DNA of 64,000 nucleotides, from the NCBI GenBank assembly GCA_012295275.1, contig CM022666.1, forward strand, positions 12,958,001 through 13,022,000. Direction: 5' to 3'. Under the pieces are notes generated by a model that saw only the letters and a list, made by a program, of their open reading frames with translations, did no database searches and was not told the DNA's origin. Positions 1-48,873 of this stretch are shown here, piece after piece. The position numbers and the translations under genes were made by a program. The stretch comes from Chrysomallon squamiferum. Lineage: Eukaryota > Animalia > Mollusca. Each line of letters begins with the position of its first letter. The first letter of the stretch is position 1.

Positions 1-301
1 AACATTCACTTTGGATTTTTCCTTGATTCAAACAATCAAAAACGAAGTATCAAGGGAGACAATTCTTGTCGTCTTATCTTCTCGTTTTATATTAAATATA
101 CTGATAATAAACAATGAGATAGAATTTTCAAATTTGATGAAAATATAGGGGTAACTAAGTTTCAGTGCTCCACTAAAACTGAACTTTGATTTTATAAATA
201 AACAACAATGTCTTTGCATATATAGGATGTAATATTCATTACTATTATGTTCAGTTTTCTATAATATTTCTGTTTTCTCATTCCTTTTTTTTCAAACTTA
301 G

Positions 302-6639
<6,338 letters not shown>

Positions 6640-6785
6640 AAATTTATAAGCAATAAACAGGGATAAAATTTATTTGACGTTTTTGTAATTCTATAAAAAT
6701 ATTATTAAAGATCAGAATGTATCGCACCGATCTGTCAATCATTACCAGCAGTGCTTACATACGATAAAAATTCAAAATCTAATAG

Positions 6786-6868
<83 letters not shown>

Positions 6869-7439
6869 CTGTGTGTGTGTGGGAGCGTGCGCAGTTAGGT
6901 TAAAAATCGTTAACAAAGTTTAATAGAACAAGACAGAAATAATAGGACCGACACACCTACGAACAGAACCAAAAACGAAACTAAATAAAAACACAGAGAG
7001 AAAAAAAAAGATAAATAGTATTTTATGTACGAATATATAACACACACACATAGAGGTACACATACATATATATATACACACACACACACACTAAGACATA
7101 CAGACAGACAGACATACACACATACATATATATATATACATTCATAATATGTAAGCCACTATTTATTTTTCCTACTTACATTTGCCATTATCAATCCGCG
7201 CTGCTAACATAGTTTCACTTTTTTTTCTTTTTCTTTCTTTTGTTCCAACTACATTACCAGAAGAAGAAGAAAGAAAAAAAAAAAATACAATAAAGTCGAT
7301 GACTTCTATGTCAGTTAATCTCAACAACTCACATTATTCTTATCGGCAGATCTCTGCTCGAGAGAACGAAAGACAAGACCAACTAACCAAAAAAAAAAAA
7401 AAAAAAAGAAGATAATCATGAAAAATGAGAAGATAGTCT

Positions 7440-7619
7440 GGAATCTCACGCGCGCCTCTCTCCGCCGTGCAGTTTGGCCGTAGCTAAATGTAGCGTACGC
7501 GCAGTATTGTACGTAGCAAACTGATCCGCTGAAACATCCTTTCCAGTTCTCTACTGCGGTGTAATGGGAAGGACTGTTATTTGAAATCGTCTGAGCACAG
7601 CAGACTGCAGCGACCCAAG
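7440..7619 (+). promoter_or_regulatory. Probable promoter and non-coding first exon of the calpain gene
   Basis: CpG-rich, non-repetitive island ending in the donor AAG|GTAGGA at 7619/7620. The calpain ATG exon begins at an acceptor (TTTTTCAG|AATG, 16288/16289), so an upstream 5'UTR exon is required. Linking it to this island is inference. Confidence 0.5.
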
Positions 7620-9336
7620 GTAGGAATGCGTACAGCTGTATTAAGTGAATATATATCGTTATATTAATGTATATGTACCTACCTATATTATATACCAGTG
7701 TTATTGTATATGAACATGCCTATATTACTGTTTATACACCTATATTTATATATATATATATATGCCTGTTATTGTATATGAACATGCCTATATTACTGTT
7801 TATAAGCCTATATTAATGAGTATGTACATACCAATGTTAATGTATATGTACATACTTAAAGCAATGAATATATATATGTACATATATTAATATATATGTG
7901 TTTACCAATGTTAATGTTTTTATGCATACTAATATGTAAAATATTTAAAACTGTGTATGTACACTTTTCTGTTAATGTTTAAATTAATTTATATGTAATA
8001 CTTATAACACATACACACACACATACACAAATACATATATATTATTCGTGGTAGTAGTTATTACATATAGTTTCGAACATATCAAGTCTGATGAAATACT
8101 TGAATATTTAATATTATCTCTGATATTCTGCACATTAGTATTTTTATTAATAATCATATATTCTCATAATACATAGGTATATTTAGTTAGACGAGCATTG
8201 ATACATAGGAAGACAGGTAGGTAGACAGGTAGACAAGTAGACATAGAGACAGTTCGACGACAGACATAGGCTGGTTGGATGAATGGATGGTCGGAAAAAT
8301 AGACGAATTGAACTGTTATAAAGCATATATTTAAAATATATACGTAAATGTAGATGTCAATGTTTTTTGTAATGGTAAAATAGAAATGATGTGAATGTAT
8401 GCATATATATATATACACGCGTATGTTTGCTTCTTTATATCTGTATATGCGTGGGTATTTGTGTATATGTGTATATGTGAGTGTTTGACTTACAATAAAA
8501 TACGACATAGATGACATTTCCTCTGCAGATAAAGATTAAATTTGTAACAGATGTACTTGTTTAATGCTTGCCTTAAAATACCAATGAGTATATACAAAGT
8601 AGCGGAGATACATCAATATAATTTTACGATTAGTTCTTACTGAATAATAATAATTTTAAAACCTACAACAACAACACTTACTGGTACCTTAAAAACAGGG
8701 TAATAGTATAGCCTGTGATAATGACAAAATTATTATACATTCAGTTTAAGAACTCCCAATAACAAACAAGCAAGGGTTTGTGTGTTTTACATATACATAG
8801 ATACATACATCCATACATATATATATAATTACGAAAATTAATAAATTAGTAAATTGAAAAGGCAATAACAAAATCACATCATCGCATCATCATCGTTAAC
8901 AACAACAACAGCAATCCCGCAGTTTGTTTCGCTTCGCTCCCCACGTAAAAGACGACATTATTAAAAACCACTTTAGTACCAGTCGGTCTCTTTCTGTTCG
9001 CGCCATCTTTGTGTCTAAAAATAGCACTGGCAAAGCAGACGCGTGTAACCGAGTAGCTAATTCGCCTACTTCTCACTGCGTGGCCGTTTTGTCACATCTA
9101 TTTATAAACCAGTTACCAACTCACTCGATGATATAATCATTTTCCTGGCAAAGTGCGTAGTCATGCTGAATGTTTGAATAGAAGGGGGTGGAACAGAGGC
9201 AGGGCGGTTTTCTAATACGGTGTTATAAAAGATGAAAACAGTATTCGTGAACATTAAACGAAACGAAAAAAGTTTTAATATGTTTTTCGACACGGTTATA
9301 TTAAAATGATTTTTCTTCTTTTTCTTCTTTTTTTTC

Positions 9337-9372
<36 letters not shown>

Positions 9373-9487
9373 TTATTATTATTATTATAAAAATGACATA
9401 ATCTAATGTTTAGATTTTTAAAATTATTATTGATATTTATATTATTTTATTGTTATTATTATTATTTTTGGTATTATTATTGTAATC

Positions 9488-9542
<55 letters not shown>

Positions 9543-10431
9543 ATGACTTGTTTAAACAATGATATAGAATAACAGAAATAACAATGACAGTTGACACTAA
9601 TAAGAAGTAGCAAAGACAGAAATGTGAAAAAAAGTAAGTTCAAAAACTGTTATTTACAGACACCCACATTTATTTGTAAATATATTTTAAATTAATACAT
9701 TACTCTAGATAATTTAATATAAATACTGATTAGCATGAATTTAAACATTCATACACAAAAATATACATTCATACAAACACACACACACATACATAAATAT
9801 ATTACAGCCCTAACGCATAGATAAACACACAGACGTGCATGCATACCCTAAACAAATAAACAAACACCCAAACACACACGTTATTGCCAAATGAAATCTT
9901 GTTTAACGTCTCTGAAACCGATATTTTCAGTGTAAAGTGATACTTAGGCTTTGATAAACCGATGCCACTTTTTTTCTGAAAGAAGTCGCTGATTCATATT
10001 CTAGATATGTATGTTATGCAGAAACCTAATACATTTGACACAAAATTAATAAACATTTTATAGCCAGGTCACATACGTTTGGCCATATGTATAAATTCCG
10101 ATTTTATCTATTTTTCACTCATTTATTTAATATTTTTATGCTTGTATAATTACTGTTTTGCTAGTTTTATTTTATCTTATTTTATTTTATTTTACTTTAT
10201 CTATCTGTCTGTCTGTCCGTCTATATGTTTATCTGTTTATTTATTTTAATTTTATTTTACTTTATCTATCTCTCTGTCTCTGTCTATTTTTTTTCTATCT
10301 GTTTATCTGTTAATTTATTTATTTAATATATTTATTTGTTAATCTATTTATTTTATTTTATTTATTTTATTTATTTTGTTAATTTTATTTATTTATTTTT
10401 TTATTTTATTTTATTTATTTATTTATTTATT

Positions 10432-10462
<31 letters not shown>

Positions 10463-10527
10463 TTTTATTTATTTATTTTATTTTATTTATTTATTTTTTT
10501 TTTTATTTATTTATTTATTTATTTATT

Positions 10528-10598
<71 letters not shown>

Positions 10599-10816
10599 TT
10601 TTATTTTATTTATTAATTTTATATTTTATCTCCTGAAGTACTGTTTAAAGCCACCATCTCGCTGGAATCTATATTTTGAAAATATTTCTAAAAATTGAAT
10701 TTTTTATACCGCGTTTCTGAAAACACTTAAAATGTCATACTTATTTAAAAAGAGAAGACATTTTTATCTTGAAATGACAAACTTGTAAATAAAGAATGTA
10801 GAGGAAAATGTTTTAT

Positions 10817-10933
<117 letters not shown>

Positions 10934-11906
10934 TTACGTATTTATCTACATATATATATATCTATCTCACTGCTTACACACACAGAAACAGACATCTTTC
11001 TAAACAGCAGAACAAATTAAAAGGATTTTAAATATTTTTATATTTTATATGTCTTAGCTTACTATACATTTGAATGTATATGATTCCTACGTTCAAAATG
11101 ACAGACACAAGATAAATGTTAGAATTACTGTTTTTGAAACAAAACCTATAACTCTGTGTATAAGACAAACATAACCACGTATTCACTGAAAGCTGACGCA
11201 TGCTAAAATTACTGTTTTTAAAATAAAATATATGTGTATGTATATGAAGTCCTATACGAAACATTACGTATGTAAATATTACTGGTTTTAGAAACAAAAC
11301 AGATGTGCACACATGTACGGGTATATGCCTATACCGTTCTATATGAAACTTTACATATGTATATATTACTGGTTTTAGAAATAAAACAGATGTGTATGTA
11401 TACACGTACATGTATATGTGTGTGTGTGTATATATACATACACATATAACGTTCACATTGACAGACAAGAACAGCTTAATGTGCTATTGTCAAAATTAGA
11501 AGACTGATTGGATTTTGTGTAGCCAAGCAACAACAGATATAAATTGCTATATAATTGTTTACAGTGCGGCTGAGACAAGAGTTTGAGATTGAAACAAAAT
11601 GACAAGTGTTCTCTAATCTGCTGCTAAAACGTTCATTTATTATTGAAATATGCGAGTCGTCTGTCAACTAGAGAAGTGTGTGACATACGCAGACATATCA
11701 GGAAATTTAGTGTTGCAGAAAAACTGGTCATAGGTTATCTCTGTCTGTCAGTATGTCCAGTATTTATCTATCTGTCTGAAATATATTGTAATACATAGAT
11801 ATAGGTATATTATGTGCATGAATTAAATAAATTACATATATATATATATATATACGTAGTTATATACATACATTCACAAACACATTCATCTGTTTATCCA
11901 TTCATC

Positions 11907-11938
<32 letters not shown>

Positions 11939-11981
11939 AACACACATATATATGCATGTATGTATGTATATATATATATAT

Positions 11982-12033
<52 letters not shown>

Positions 12034-12149
12034 AACAAAACGAATAAATGCATACATACATATATATACAAAATCTAAACTACATATTTGCCAGTGCCAG
12101 GTTTCTCACCAAAAAAATAGATGCACGTAAAAAGACGAAACACAAAGAA

Positions 12150-12300
12150 CGGCGTGCTTCGTGGGAGGCCGTACGTTCGAGTCTCGTCAGCGGCATCTGA
12201 CGGGTTTGTGAGGTCGTGATTGGACTTTGTCCTCCTGCGCCAGTACGTTCCCGAATATTGTCTAAGTACAGAGTCTAATCAGACGTACATAAGACAGAGA
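12150..12300 (+). mobile_element. tRNA-derived SINE-like fragment
   Basis: GC-rich island with a Pol III B-box-like GTTCGAGTC at ~12175; no complete cloverleaf is visible. Confidence 0.4.
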
Positions 12301-12583
12301 ATATTCAAAATCATACACTACAAATATACAGACAAAGGTTTCGGTGCATACGTAATATACATAAAGAAATAGCTAAGGGATTCTCTTAAAAGGCTTAGAG
12401 TCAAAACATTTATTTGTTTACAGCTCGCTGTAATGAATTTATAAAACTGGTTACTTGACCTGAGGCTTTCTGTTTAATTATTTTCTTTTTGTTTTAGAAA
12501 TTTTACTATGTGAGTTTTTCTAAATGAACGTATTTGTAATGATATTGTTCAACAGATAACTATTTACATACATAGCACACACA

Positions 12584-12629
<46 letters not shown>

Positions 12630-13004
12630 TAAGTGCATATATCTAATTAATCAATGGTGTAATTAAACAGCACACGTCCCACGCACGTGCTATGTATCTT
12701 GCAGCTCTGTCTCCTGTTCGTTATCAGTGTTTATGTGCAGATTCACCACGTTCAGCAGCGTCAAGAAATAATCATAAACTCTTCTGCACTCATAAACACA
12801 TCCACTTAAACCATCAGTGCCTGAGACATTAGCGTCAAGTAAACATTTCCAGTACAAAAATACATTTAACGTTTTAAAATGAATTTTAATATATTTTAAA
12901 AGTCTGTCTGTCTTTCTTCCCTCTTTCTTTCTTAATCTGTGTGTGTGTGTGTGTATGTGTGTGTATGTATATGTATATGTGTGTGTCTGTCACTCTAACT
13001 GTGA

Positions 13005-13046
<42 letters not shown>

Positions 13047-13584
13047 ATGTATGTATGTATGTATGTTTGTATGTATATATGTCTCAATCCATCCATCCAT
13101 CCACATCTATCTTTCTGTTTTCTGTTTGTCTGGAACGACGTTTATATCTGTTAGCCTCAGTGATGAACAAAATCGACAAGCAGAACTAATTTAAAAATTT
13201 GTTTTTTTTTTGTTTTATGTGAGATGTGTGCTGTGTTTGATTTACACTGTCTGTCACTTTCCTCAGCAAACAGGTGAGTGTTTAGAACAATGTGTCTGGA
13301 GGTAATCAGCGGCTTGAAGACCAGCAGTAGTTCGTTACAGGCCAGCGTGAACAGATTCTGGAGTTCGTGGTGTCGATCCCCTTCACAAGACACGTTGAAC
13401 TTTTTCACGTGGATGTGGAGGAAAATAAGAAAAGAAGGAAAGAAAAGGAAGGAGGGAATGATAGAAAGAAAAAAGAGGAAAAAGAACGAAAGGAAAAACG
13501 ATAAAGAAAGAAAGAACGAGAGAAAATAATATAAGATTAAATTAAAATAAATTGAAATAAAAATGAACATAATAATGAAAAAAA

Positions 13585-13619
<35 letters not shown>

Positions 13620-15340
13620 AATAAAATAAAATAAAATAAAATTTAAACGAAATCGGCTGACAAATATATATATATTAATATTGGCTCATTATTAAAAAGA
13701 AAAACCCTCAAACATGAAACTGTCTTTTTTCTTCGGCTTTTTTTTTCTGTTATCATTTATATCACTGATATGACGTACTTGATGTCTTTCTGTCAGTCTG
13801 TGAGTAATCTGTTTCAAGCAGTGAAATATCTAGAATTTTCAGTCTTGAGTCAAAAAATAATATTTTCTTGCAGCGGTAATTTCGCTTTACCGTGTAGACT
13901 TAACTTGAAACATATGTTATTAACGATAATGTAAAGACTCCGAAACATCATCAGTGTAAAATAACGATGATAACTTGGTACGCTTTCTGATACAGACAGA
14001 CAAAGAGAGACTGGGTATTTATGTATATGTCTTTATGTATGTATGTAGGTGTTTGTGTGTATATATTCTTATTTGCGTATGTATGTTATATGTGTGTATG
14101 GATATTTGTGTGTGCGTGTTATTAAATAAATAAATAAATATATATATATATATGTTCATGCCTATATAGGTATATCAATCTTAAGTTCTTTCTATCTGAC
14201 AGATTATTTGACTAATCTATGTATGTTAATGACACATCGCTGTATAAATTAAATCTGCTGCTTCATTCTCTACATATATATATATATATTACATTAAAAA
14301 AATAAAAGCCACTTTTCTGTTTAATTTCTTAGTAAGACAAATTAACGTTGTGTATATCCCAGATCGTATAATGAGGTTATTTAACGTCATGAAGTCAGTA
14401 CTGACACATCCCACACTTAGTCACTGAAATTCGTTTGAGTCATACTCGATTTCTAAACTGTTTCATCTAAACTACAAACCTGCTTATCTCAATGTATGTC
14501 AGACTATATCACGTAACAGTTTTACTTTACACTATGATACATTTAGATTATTGTTATTATCATACAATACAACACAGAAGAATAGAAATAATACGGCGGT
14601 GAACAATATAATCAATACAGTACAGTAACACTGCTATCAATATTACGAATACTACTGTAACTACTTCTTCTACTATTATTTCTTTATTAGAACTATTACT
14701 ACATCAACTGCTACTACTAAACTACTGCTACTACTACTACTGCTACTACTTCTACTACTACCACTGCTGCTACCACTACAAATACAAATACAACAAATAA
14801 TAATTATAAATAACTAAATAAATAAATTTAAAAAAAAAATGATGATGACGAAGGTAATAATAATGTTGATGACAACAACAACAACAACAATAATAATAAT
14901 AATAATACAATTAATAATAATAATAATAATAATAATCATTATCATCATCATATTAATAATAATGAAAATGATTATGGCTATATTAGTTTTCCCTACGCTA
15001 TATGAATTTTTAATACTGAACAGAAAATATAAGTAAACGTTACATGCTGAAACATATACGTTTATTTTGAAAAACCCACATAGTAAAAGAAAATAATTAA
15101 ATTACACTTAATCAGAGAGTTTCAGATCAAGTAACCAGTTTTACAAATTCATTACAGCGAGCCGAAAGTGTGTAAACAAATAAATGTTTTGGCTCTAAGC
15201 CCGTTAAGAGAATTCTCTAGCTATTTCATTGTCTATGTTTATGTATATTATGTATATACCGCGACGTTTTCCGTGATTGTTGCAATAACGTTAGTTACGT
15301 ACAGTAAGAAGTTACGTAAACCACGAACAAAAACAACAAA

Positions 15341-15390
<50 letters not shown>

Positions 15391-16289
15391 ACAATTACAA
15401 CACACATACACACGTATATTTACAGTAATAATAAAAATAATAGAAAAAAAAGAAATAAGGGATTAAAAACCAAAATAAAAGTTGTTTCATTGTTTACATG
15501 TTTTTTAGTAATTTTGTTTTCATTTACCCATTTTTGTGGGTGATTTTTGAAATATAAACAACACGAGAAATAGCACAATAAATACAAAGAAAAATGGAGC
15601 CCGTTTGACTGAGAAAACCTGTGTAGTATTTGTGTTATAATTAGTAACCAGCTGTGACTGTAGTGTTGCTCTGTGCAAAGTGAAAATATCTGTGATGTGT
15701 GTAATTGATGTGTTTTATCAACATTTCTGACACACACTGACTAAACAACTCTTTTCGTACGTTCACTCACTCCTGCGTTCACTCTCTCAGATATAATGAC
15801 TAAAAAATTCATTCATATTTTATTGTTATATTTCATTTATATTTATTCTATTTTATGAATTCCATATGCTTACCGTACGATTTTAATTTTTATTTATTTA
15901 TTTTTGGCGTCTTGTCCAATTTTCTTTCGTTTTTTTTATTTTTTTTTTTACATTACTGCCACTTGTGTTTGTTGTTATATAATGACTAAACAACTCATTC
16001 ATATTTTATTGTTATATTTTTTTGTATTTATTTTATTTTTATTATTATTATTATTATTATTATTTTATTTTTATTTGTTTATTTTATCATGTGTTGTTTT
16101 TCTTTGGTTTATTTATTTATTGTCATTATTATTATTATTAACATCTTTCTTGTTGTTACTGTAGCTGTTCTCAAACACAGAATTCTGGTTACATTTTCTC
16201 TATTCTGAACCACACTGTATCTGACCTGTTCTTATTTTTATTATTCTCGAACACACAATAACTCTTCTACTTCAACGTTATTTTTCAGA

Positions 16290-26385
<10,096 letters not shown>

Positions 26386-27150
26386 AACCCGCCTCTTCAC
26401 ACCACTGAACGGAGAATAATGCGCGTCTAAAAATAGTTCGAAACGTTTGACAAAACACTGATGTCATTGACAATGTCAGTATGACGCATCACAGCTTCCT
26501 AGAATGAAAATTGAACCGCATGTAAAAAGTTCCAAGAATACATCGCAATTAAACTATTTCTGACATACGCTGGTTTCGCTATAATAATTTTTAAAGCCAG
26601 ATGTATCACATTTTCTACATTTTTACTATTATTATTATTATTATTCAGAAATATTCACTTATAATGTAATTTTTTATATTTAATTTTTTTTTTTCTAAAA
26701 TGTATATTTCTATTTGCATGTGATTTTTACTTTTTTGCATTTTTATTACAAAACATTTTTTATTGCATGAAAATATACATATTTCACCTATTTTGTACTC
26801 GTCAATGAACACTTTTATGAATAAGAAGATATACATGTATATGTTTTGTGTGTCGTGTGTATAAATACTGTGTTTATTTGTGTGCTGCGTGTGTTTACGC
26901 ATATTTTTATATTTCTTGTGCCTAGTGACTCAGCAAGATAAAGAAAGCACGTGCGCATGCGTGATTGTATTTTATAAACATGTACAATTTTTATATCCAA
27001 ATCTGGCTCCATTAACTTTTGTCTTCAGCATATCAGAAGAAAGAATATTTCGTACTTCCTAATACATATACATACATAAAAAATCATGTACCTATCCACC
27101 ATTGCTTTGATATATGTTTTAAAGCAGTTTTGTACTGTAAACCCCTACAA

Positions 27151-27181
<31 letters not shown>

Positions 27182-27925
27182 ACAAACAAACAAATAAATA
27201 AATGAAAAGAAAAAAATAAATAAAAATAAATGAAAAGAAATCAGAATAATAACAAATTCAATCTACAAGCAACAATCGATTAAATTATACCTACAACTAA
27301 ACAGACAAACAGACAAGAGGCGGATCTAGAATTTCGTGATATATATATATCTTACAATATACATAAAAAAATACTTATGTTCCAAAGAACGGGTCTGCGC
27401 ATACTGGACTCAATGCACCTACCCTGAATCCTCTTTTGTAAAGCAAACCAAGATAAGAAATAATAATAACTGTTAATAATATGTTATCTAAATCATTGCT
27501 CATTCAGTCGTGGTATTTTTGCCTCTTATTGTTTTTCTCTTAACATTTTTATCATGTTTCCCAAAAATTATTTTATACTGTACACTTCCATTTTGCGTTT
27601 TCATTTGTACATCTCTTTTACTGCAATATGTAATTGATCATTATTATGCCTTTATGTTTTTCGATTTTATGCTTTATTATATATTTATAAGAATTTTACT
27701 TATCAATCTTTTTTTTTTTTTAATGTTAATTTTATGCATTTATCACGGTATTTGCCATATAACATGACTTCACTGTAAATAAAGTGCTGCTCAAATGAGT
27801 CGAGGGTGGTTATTATTTATATATTTATAAAAATCATTTTTTTACACACACACACACACACAAACACCGACGCAAGTTTTCGTAACAGATATTTACATCA
27901 ATATAAGAGACAGAGAAAGAGACAG

Positions 27926-28030
<105 letters not shown>

Positions 28031-28680
28031 ATGATGTTTTCATTTCTTGAAAGCTTGTTGCTAAGAAGATGACCAGGAATAGTTAAAATAAACTGTTGAA
28101 TTTTAATGCAATCGTTTTGAAATGTATGGAACTCAAATGAAATAAAACTGACTTTAAAAAAGAAAGAAAATGAAAACTGAAAATGAAAACTGGACTGGAA
28201 TTAGGAAAGTCAGTTACGGAGAATATATTCGTAGTTAATATATAGTTCAAGCAGTAACGACTGCCCTGTAAAAGTACAGGAACAAAGGGACAGATGACTT
28301 CATAATGGATTAAAATAAACTTCACCATGTTTGGTCTTTTGTTGAAATGTATTTACAAAGAACTTATCTGACCTATCTAAACCACAAGTCGGTTTATTAA
28401 TATCTCGATCTAGTTCGCACATTTTATTGTTATTAAAACTTGGTTATTGATTCATAAAGAGCGTACACAAAAGATTTAGGATTGTTTACACTTCCGGTGA
28501 TGTGCAGGTGACTGGAGTAACCGGACTTTACAGAAGGGTTGGGAAAAAGATCAAAGGTGATTCAGAAGCGAGCGAGTTTACCGCAAGGGAAGTAACTCTG
28601 TTAGACATAACCACAAACAACTGTAGCGGATGAAGTCATGAATGAAAATAATAATAACAGTAACAACAACTACAAAAACT

Positions 28681-28715
<35 letters not shown>

Positions 28716-29844
28716 AATAATAGTAATAGTAGTAGTAGTAGTAGTAATAACAACAACAACAATAATAATAATAAAAATAATAATAATAATAATAAATGTT
28801 AATCAGCTTAAACCAGTAAATCATTTACACCATTTATTTATATTGCCTAAACACAAATTTTCCCGCTCAGTTAACAGTTCATTCTTTCTTTCAACCTGTT
28901 TGATATGTCTATCTGTCTGTCTGTCTATATTACTATTTATGTAACTGTCTGTCTGTGAGTTTTGTTTTCTTCATATTCTTTTCTAATCTTTATTTTATTT
29001 TTTTTGATCATTATTTTTTATTAATCTTGACTGATTTTTTTTTCTGAAAAGGTGGGGAAAACGGTTCGTGACAAAACGGCCAGATTAGCGGCATTGATTT
29101 AACTTTAAATAATCACAGATTTACATTCCATGTTTGAAGCGGTTCAGGTTGTTTTTTTATTTGAAATATTTTTTTATAGAAGTGTTCGTTAAGTCCATGT
29201 TCGAAACTTCTATACAAAAAAAAAAAAAAAAAAAAAAAAATCCGAGGACTGAAAGTTGCAGAACCAGTCGACGTTTCAGTGCTCAGTCAAAGGAACAAAG
29301 AGTTTTAACATAGCCCGAAACCTCGTGAAATCGTTTATTGTTCTCCGTTACGCAATAACAGAAATAAAAATAGTATTCTTGTTGCATCAGTAAGCTTGAT
29401 GCTGTAGTAGCTGTTGCAGTCATGGTTTTGTATATTTAATTATTGATTGATTTGTTTCACTGAGTGTTTATTTCTTTTATTATTATTATTATTTTTTTTC
29501 TTTTTCTCTTCTTTTTCTTTTTTTTTTCGTTTGTAATATCGTCTTTTCAAGACAATACCCCCCTTCTTTTTATTCATTTCTTTGTTTACCTTCTTTCCTT
29601 TTTTCTTTTATTTTCATTTTATTTTTTTAATAAATATCTATAATTCTTCGTGAACATTCGTAAACCGTCAAGATACTGGTATTACATAGCGATTTTTTTT
29701 ATGTTTTTGTTTTTTCATTGATAAAACTGTTCAAGTCTGAGTATCCGGTTACGTTCCGCTTCTTGGGTTCGACAGGGTTCGGATTCTTAGTGGCTTTTTC
29801 CGGACACCAAGTGTAACGTTTCGTTATGACAAATTTCCTATCTG

Positions 29845-29950
29845 ATTCTTTATAATGAGTTGTTTCGGCAGCAGCGTTCAGTAGCTCGGATAATATTTCT
29901 CAAGAATATTTTCCAAACGTCACTGTTTATTTATTATCTTCAACACAAAC
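29845..29950 (+). promoter_or_regulatory. Putative core promoter / 5'UTR of astacin-ShKT gene B
   Basis: TTATAAT at ~29850 followed ~28 nt later by an initiator-like TCAGT (29878), then the ATG at 29951. Confidence 0.4.
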
Positions 29951-46730
<16,780 letters not shown>

Positions 46731-47670
46731 ACCGACCACCACTGTGACAACATCTCACCGTCAACGTATAGATACAGCAAATATCAAATTCTAGACGTGC
46801 CAATAAAAAAATAGCTTAATTATTTAGTAAAAACATATATCCAGACATTTATTGTTGTTAAAGTATATCTGTGGTTGTAGGAATACATAGCTTTAATTAG
46901 AATCTTCCAAATGTTACTGAGCAACAACTTTTGCTAATAATAAAGTTTGACATTACAATAAAAAACGGAAGAAAATAACAGAAATAATTATCCCACATAT
47001 TAAGTTAAAATATTACAGAGAGTGAATAATTTACTGCAATGATTTATACCCTCATTATTTCAACATGAAAAATGCAAGATTTTCAATGACATGACGTCAT
47101 AAATAGGATAAAAAAAAAAGGTTTAATGATAATATGTTCAAGATCTTATTACGTTAATACTGTCAACCATTATTGATAGAAAATGATAAATAAAAAAAAA
47201 AAAAAAAATACATTCCAATAAATATATAAAAATATTCTAAAACCAAAAATAATTATTATTATTATTTATACCTTCAAGAAAAACAGTTTGGTAAGATACA
47301 TTTTCAATTATTATTATTATTATTTTAGTAAAGGTGTACATACGTAGTTAGCTTTAAATAAAGAAAAAATGAATCAAACGTTGTTGAGTTTTTTTATTAT
47401 TCACTTTTGAATGATAGAAAAAAAAAATCTTTAAAACCCCGAAGAAAAAAAAAAAAAAAAAAAAAAAAAAGAAGAAGAAATGAATTATAGTCCAGAGAAA
47501 TAAATAAAAGGGAAAAAAGAAACAGTGAATGAATGAATGAATGAAAAAATTAAACAATGACAGAAATGAAAAGAAATATGTGATTTAACTGAAAGTGAAA
47601 ATAAACTTTATAAACGACTATTGAATTTGACGTCCTGGACAGAAAGGAAACTAACAGTAGATGTAGTTGT

Positions 47671-47937
47671 CAGTGGCGTGCAAGGGTGTGGTGATGCCCG
47701 GGGCCAACTGCTTGATTGTCTGCCCCAAAGACTCAAGTACGAGGCCTTGTGCTGAGGAATAGTATGAGAAAGAAAGATTTTTTTGAATATGTAAACACAG
47801 ATGAAACATAAAATAAATACTTTATTCGATTTCAATGTAAATCAACCAGATTTATTAAGTTCTTTTCTCTGATTGGATGCCCCCCTATTTGGATGCCCGG
47901 GGCCACCGCCCCTTCGACCCCCCTCTGCACGCCACTG
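47671..47937. mobile_element. MITE / non-autonomous DNA transposon (~267 bp)
   Basis: Terminal inverted repeats CAGTGGCGTGCA (47671) and TGCACGCCACTG (ends 47937). Subterminal GATGCCCGGGGCCA is present twice. No ORF. It sits in a (TAG)n tract, so the target-site duplication is ambiguous (TAGTTGT vs TAGTAGT). Confidence 0.8.
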
Positions 47938-48839
47938 TAGTAGTAACAGTAGTAGTAGTAGTAGTAGTAGTATATTTGTAATGAAATCCAAATGAAGTCA
48001 AAGATGGTTTAATCGGAGAAGAGATTGTGTTGAAGAACCTTACACATTTGTTCGAAACGATTCATATTTTGCTCCCATCACCAGCAGACTTCAACTATAC
48101 AGCGATACACCTTGTAACAGAAACATATAGTTAGTAATATGTATTATCTATGCCCTTGTAATGGCGATCTTCGTGTTCGAGAATGATGGCGATGAATATA
48201 ACGTTAACGACGTTGATAGTGATGATGACAACGATGATGATGATGATAATGGTGATAAAAACAACATGTTGCATTTACCGATGAAAGACACGAAAAAATC
48301 ATTATAATAATCTGTCTGATTTTAGGATCCATTGTTTGCTCTCTCTGTGTGTGCGTATGTGCTTTTGTAAATATGCATGTCTGTGACTGCGTAGGTGTAT
48401 CTTATTTATACTTCATAATAAGCCTATAAACTACTTATATTAGATAAATAATAAAATTTTCACCTTGAAAAGCACATGTGCACTTGATTTAGTCTTTGTA
48501 TACTTTTGTATCTTGATAAAATAAAAACCAATTAAAAATTAAAAAAATTGATACATAAACACGATATCAGTTACACTTTTAGGCAAAGTAAAATAATGCT
48601 AATAATAAAAACAAAATAAAATAAACAGAATTAACATTTTTCTTTAACGTTTGTTAGTTGTATGCTGAATTTATCGTTGAAATATATTCTGCTGAATTTA
48701 ATTATTTTTGTTAATTTCCCCCAAAAAGTCAAACCGAAATATCATAATAATGAATTGTTTCATGTTGATTATAGATGAGCTGTTATATAGCTACATTTAA
48801 GATTATCCTTGTATATATATATATATATATGTGTGTGTG

Positions 48840-48873
<34 letters not shown>

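Noticed and set aside
28480-28600. ETS-like ACTTCCGGT island with a possible donor upstream of astacin B
   Set aside because: Astacin B has its own plausible TATA/Inr next to the ATG exon, and nothing links this island to a transcript.
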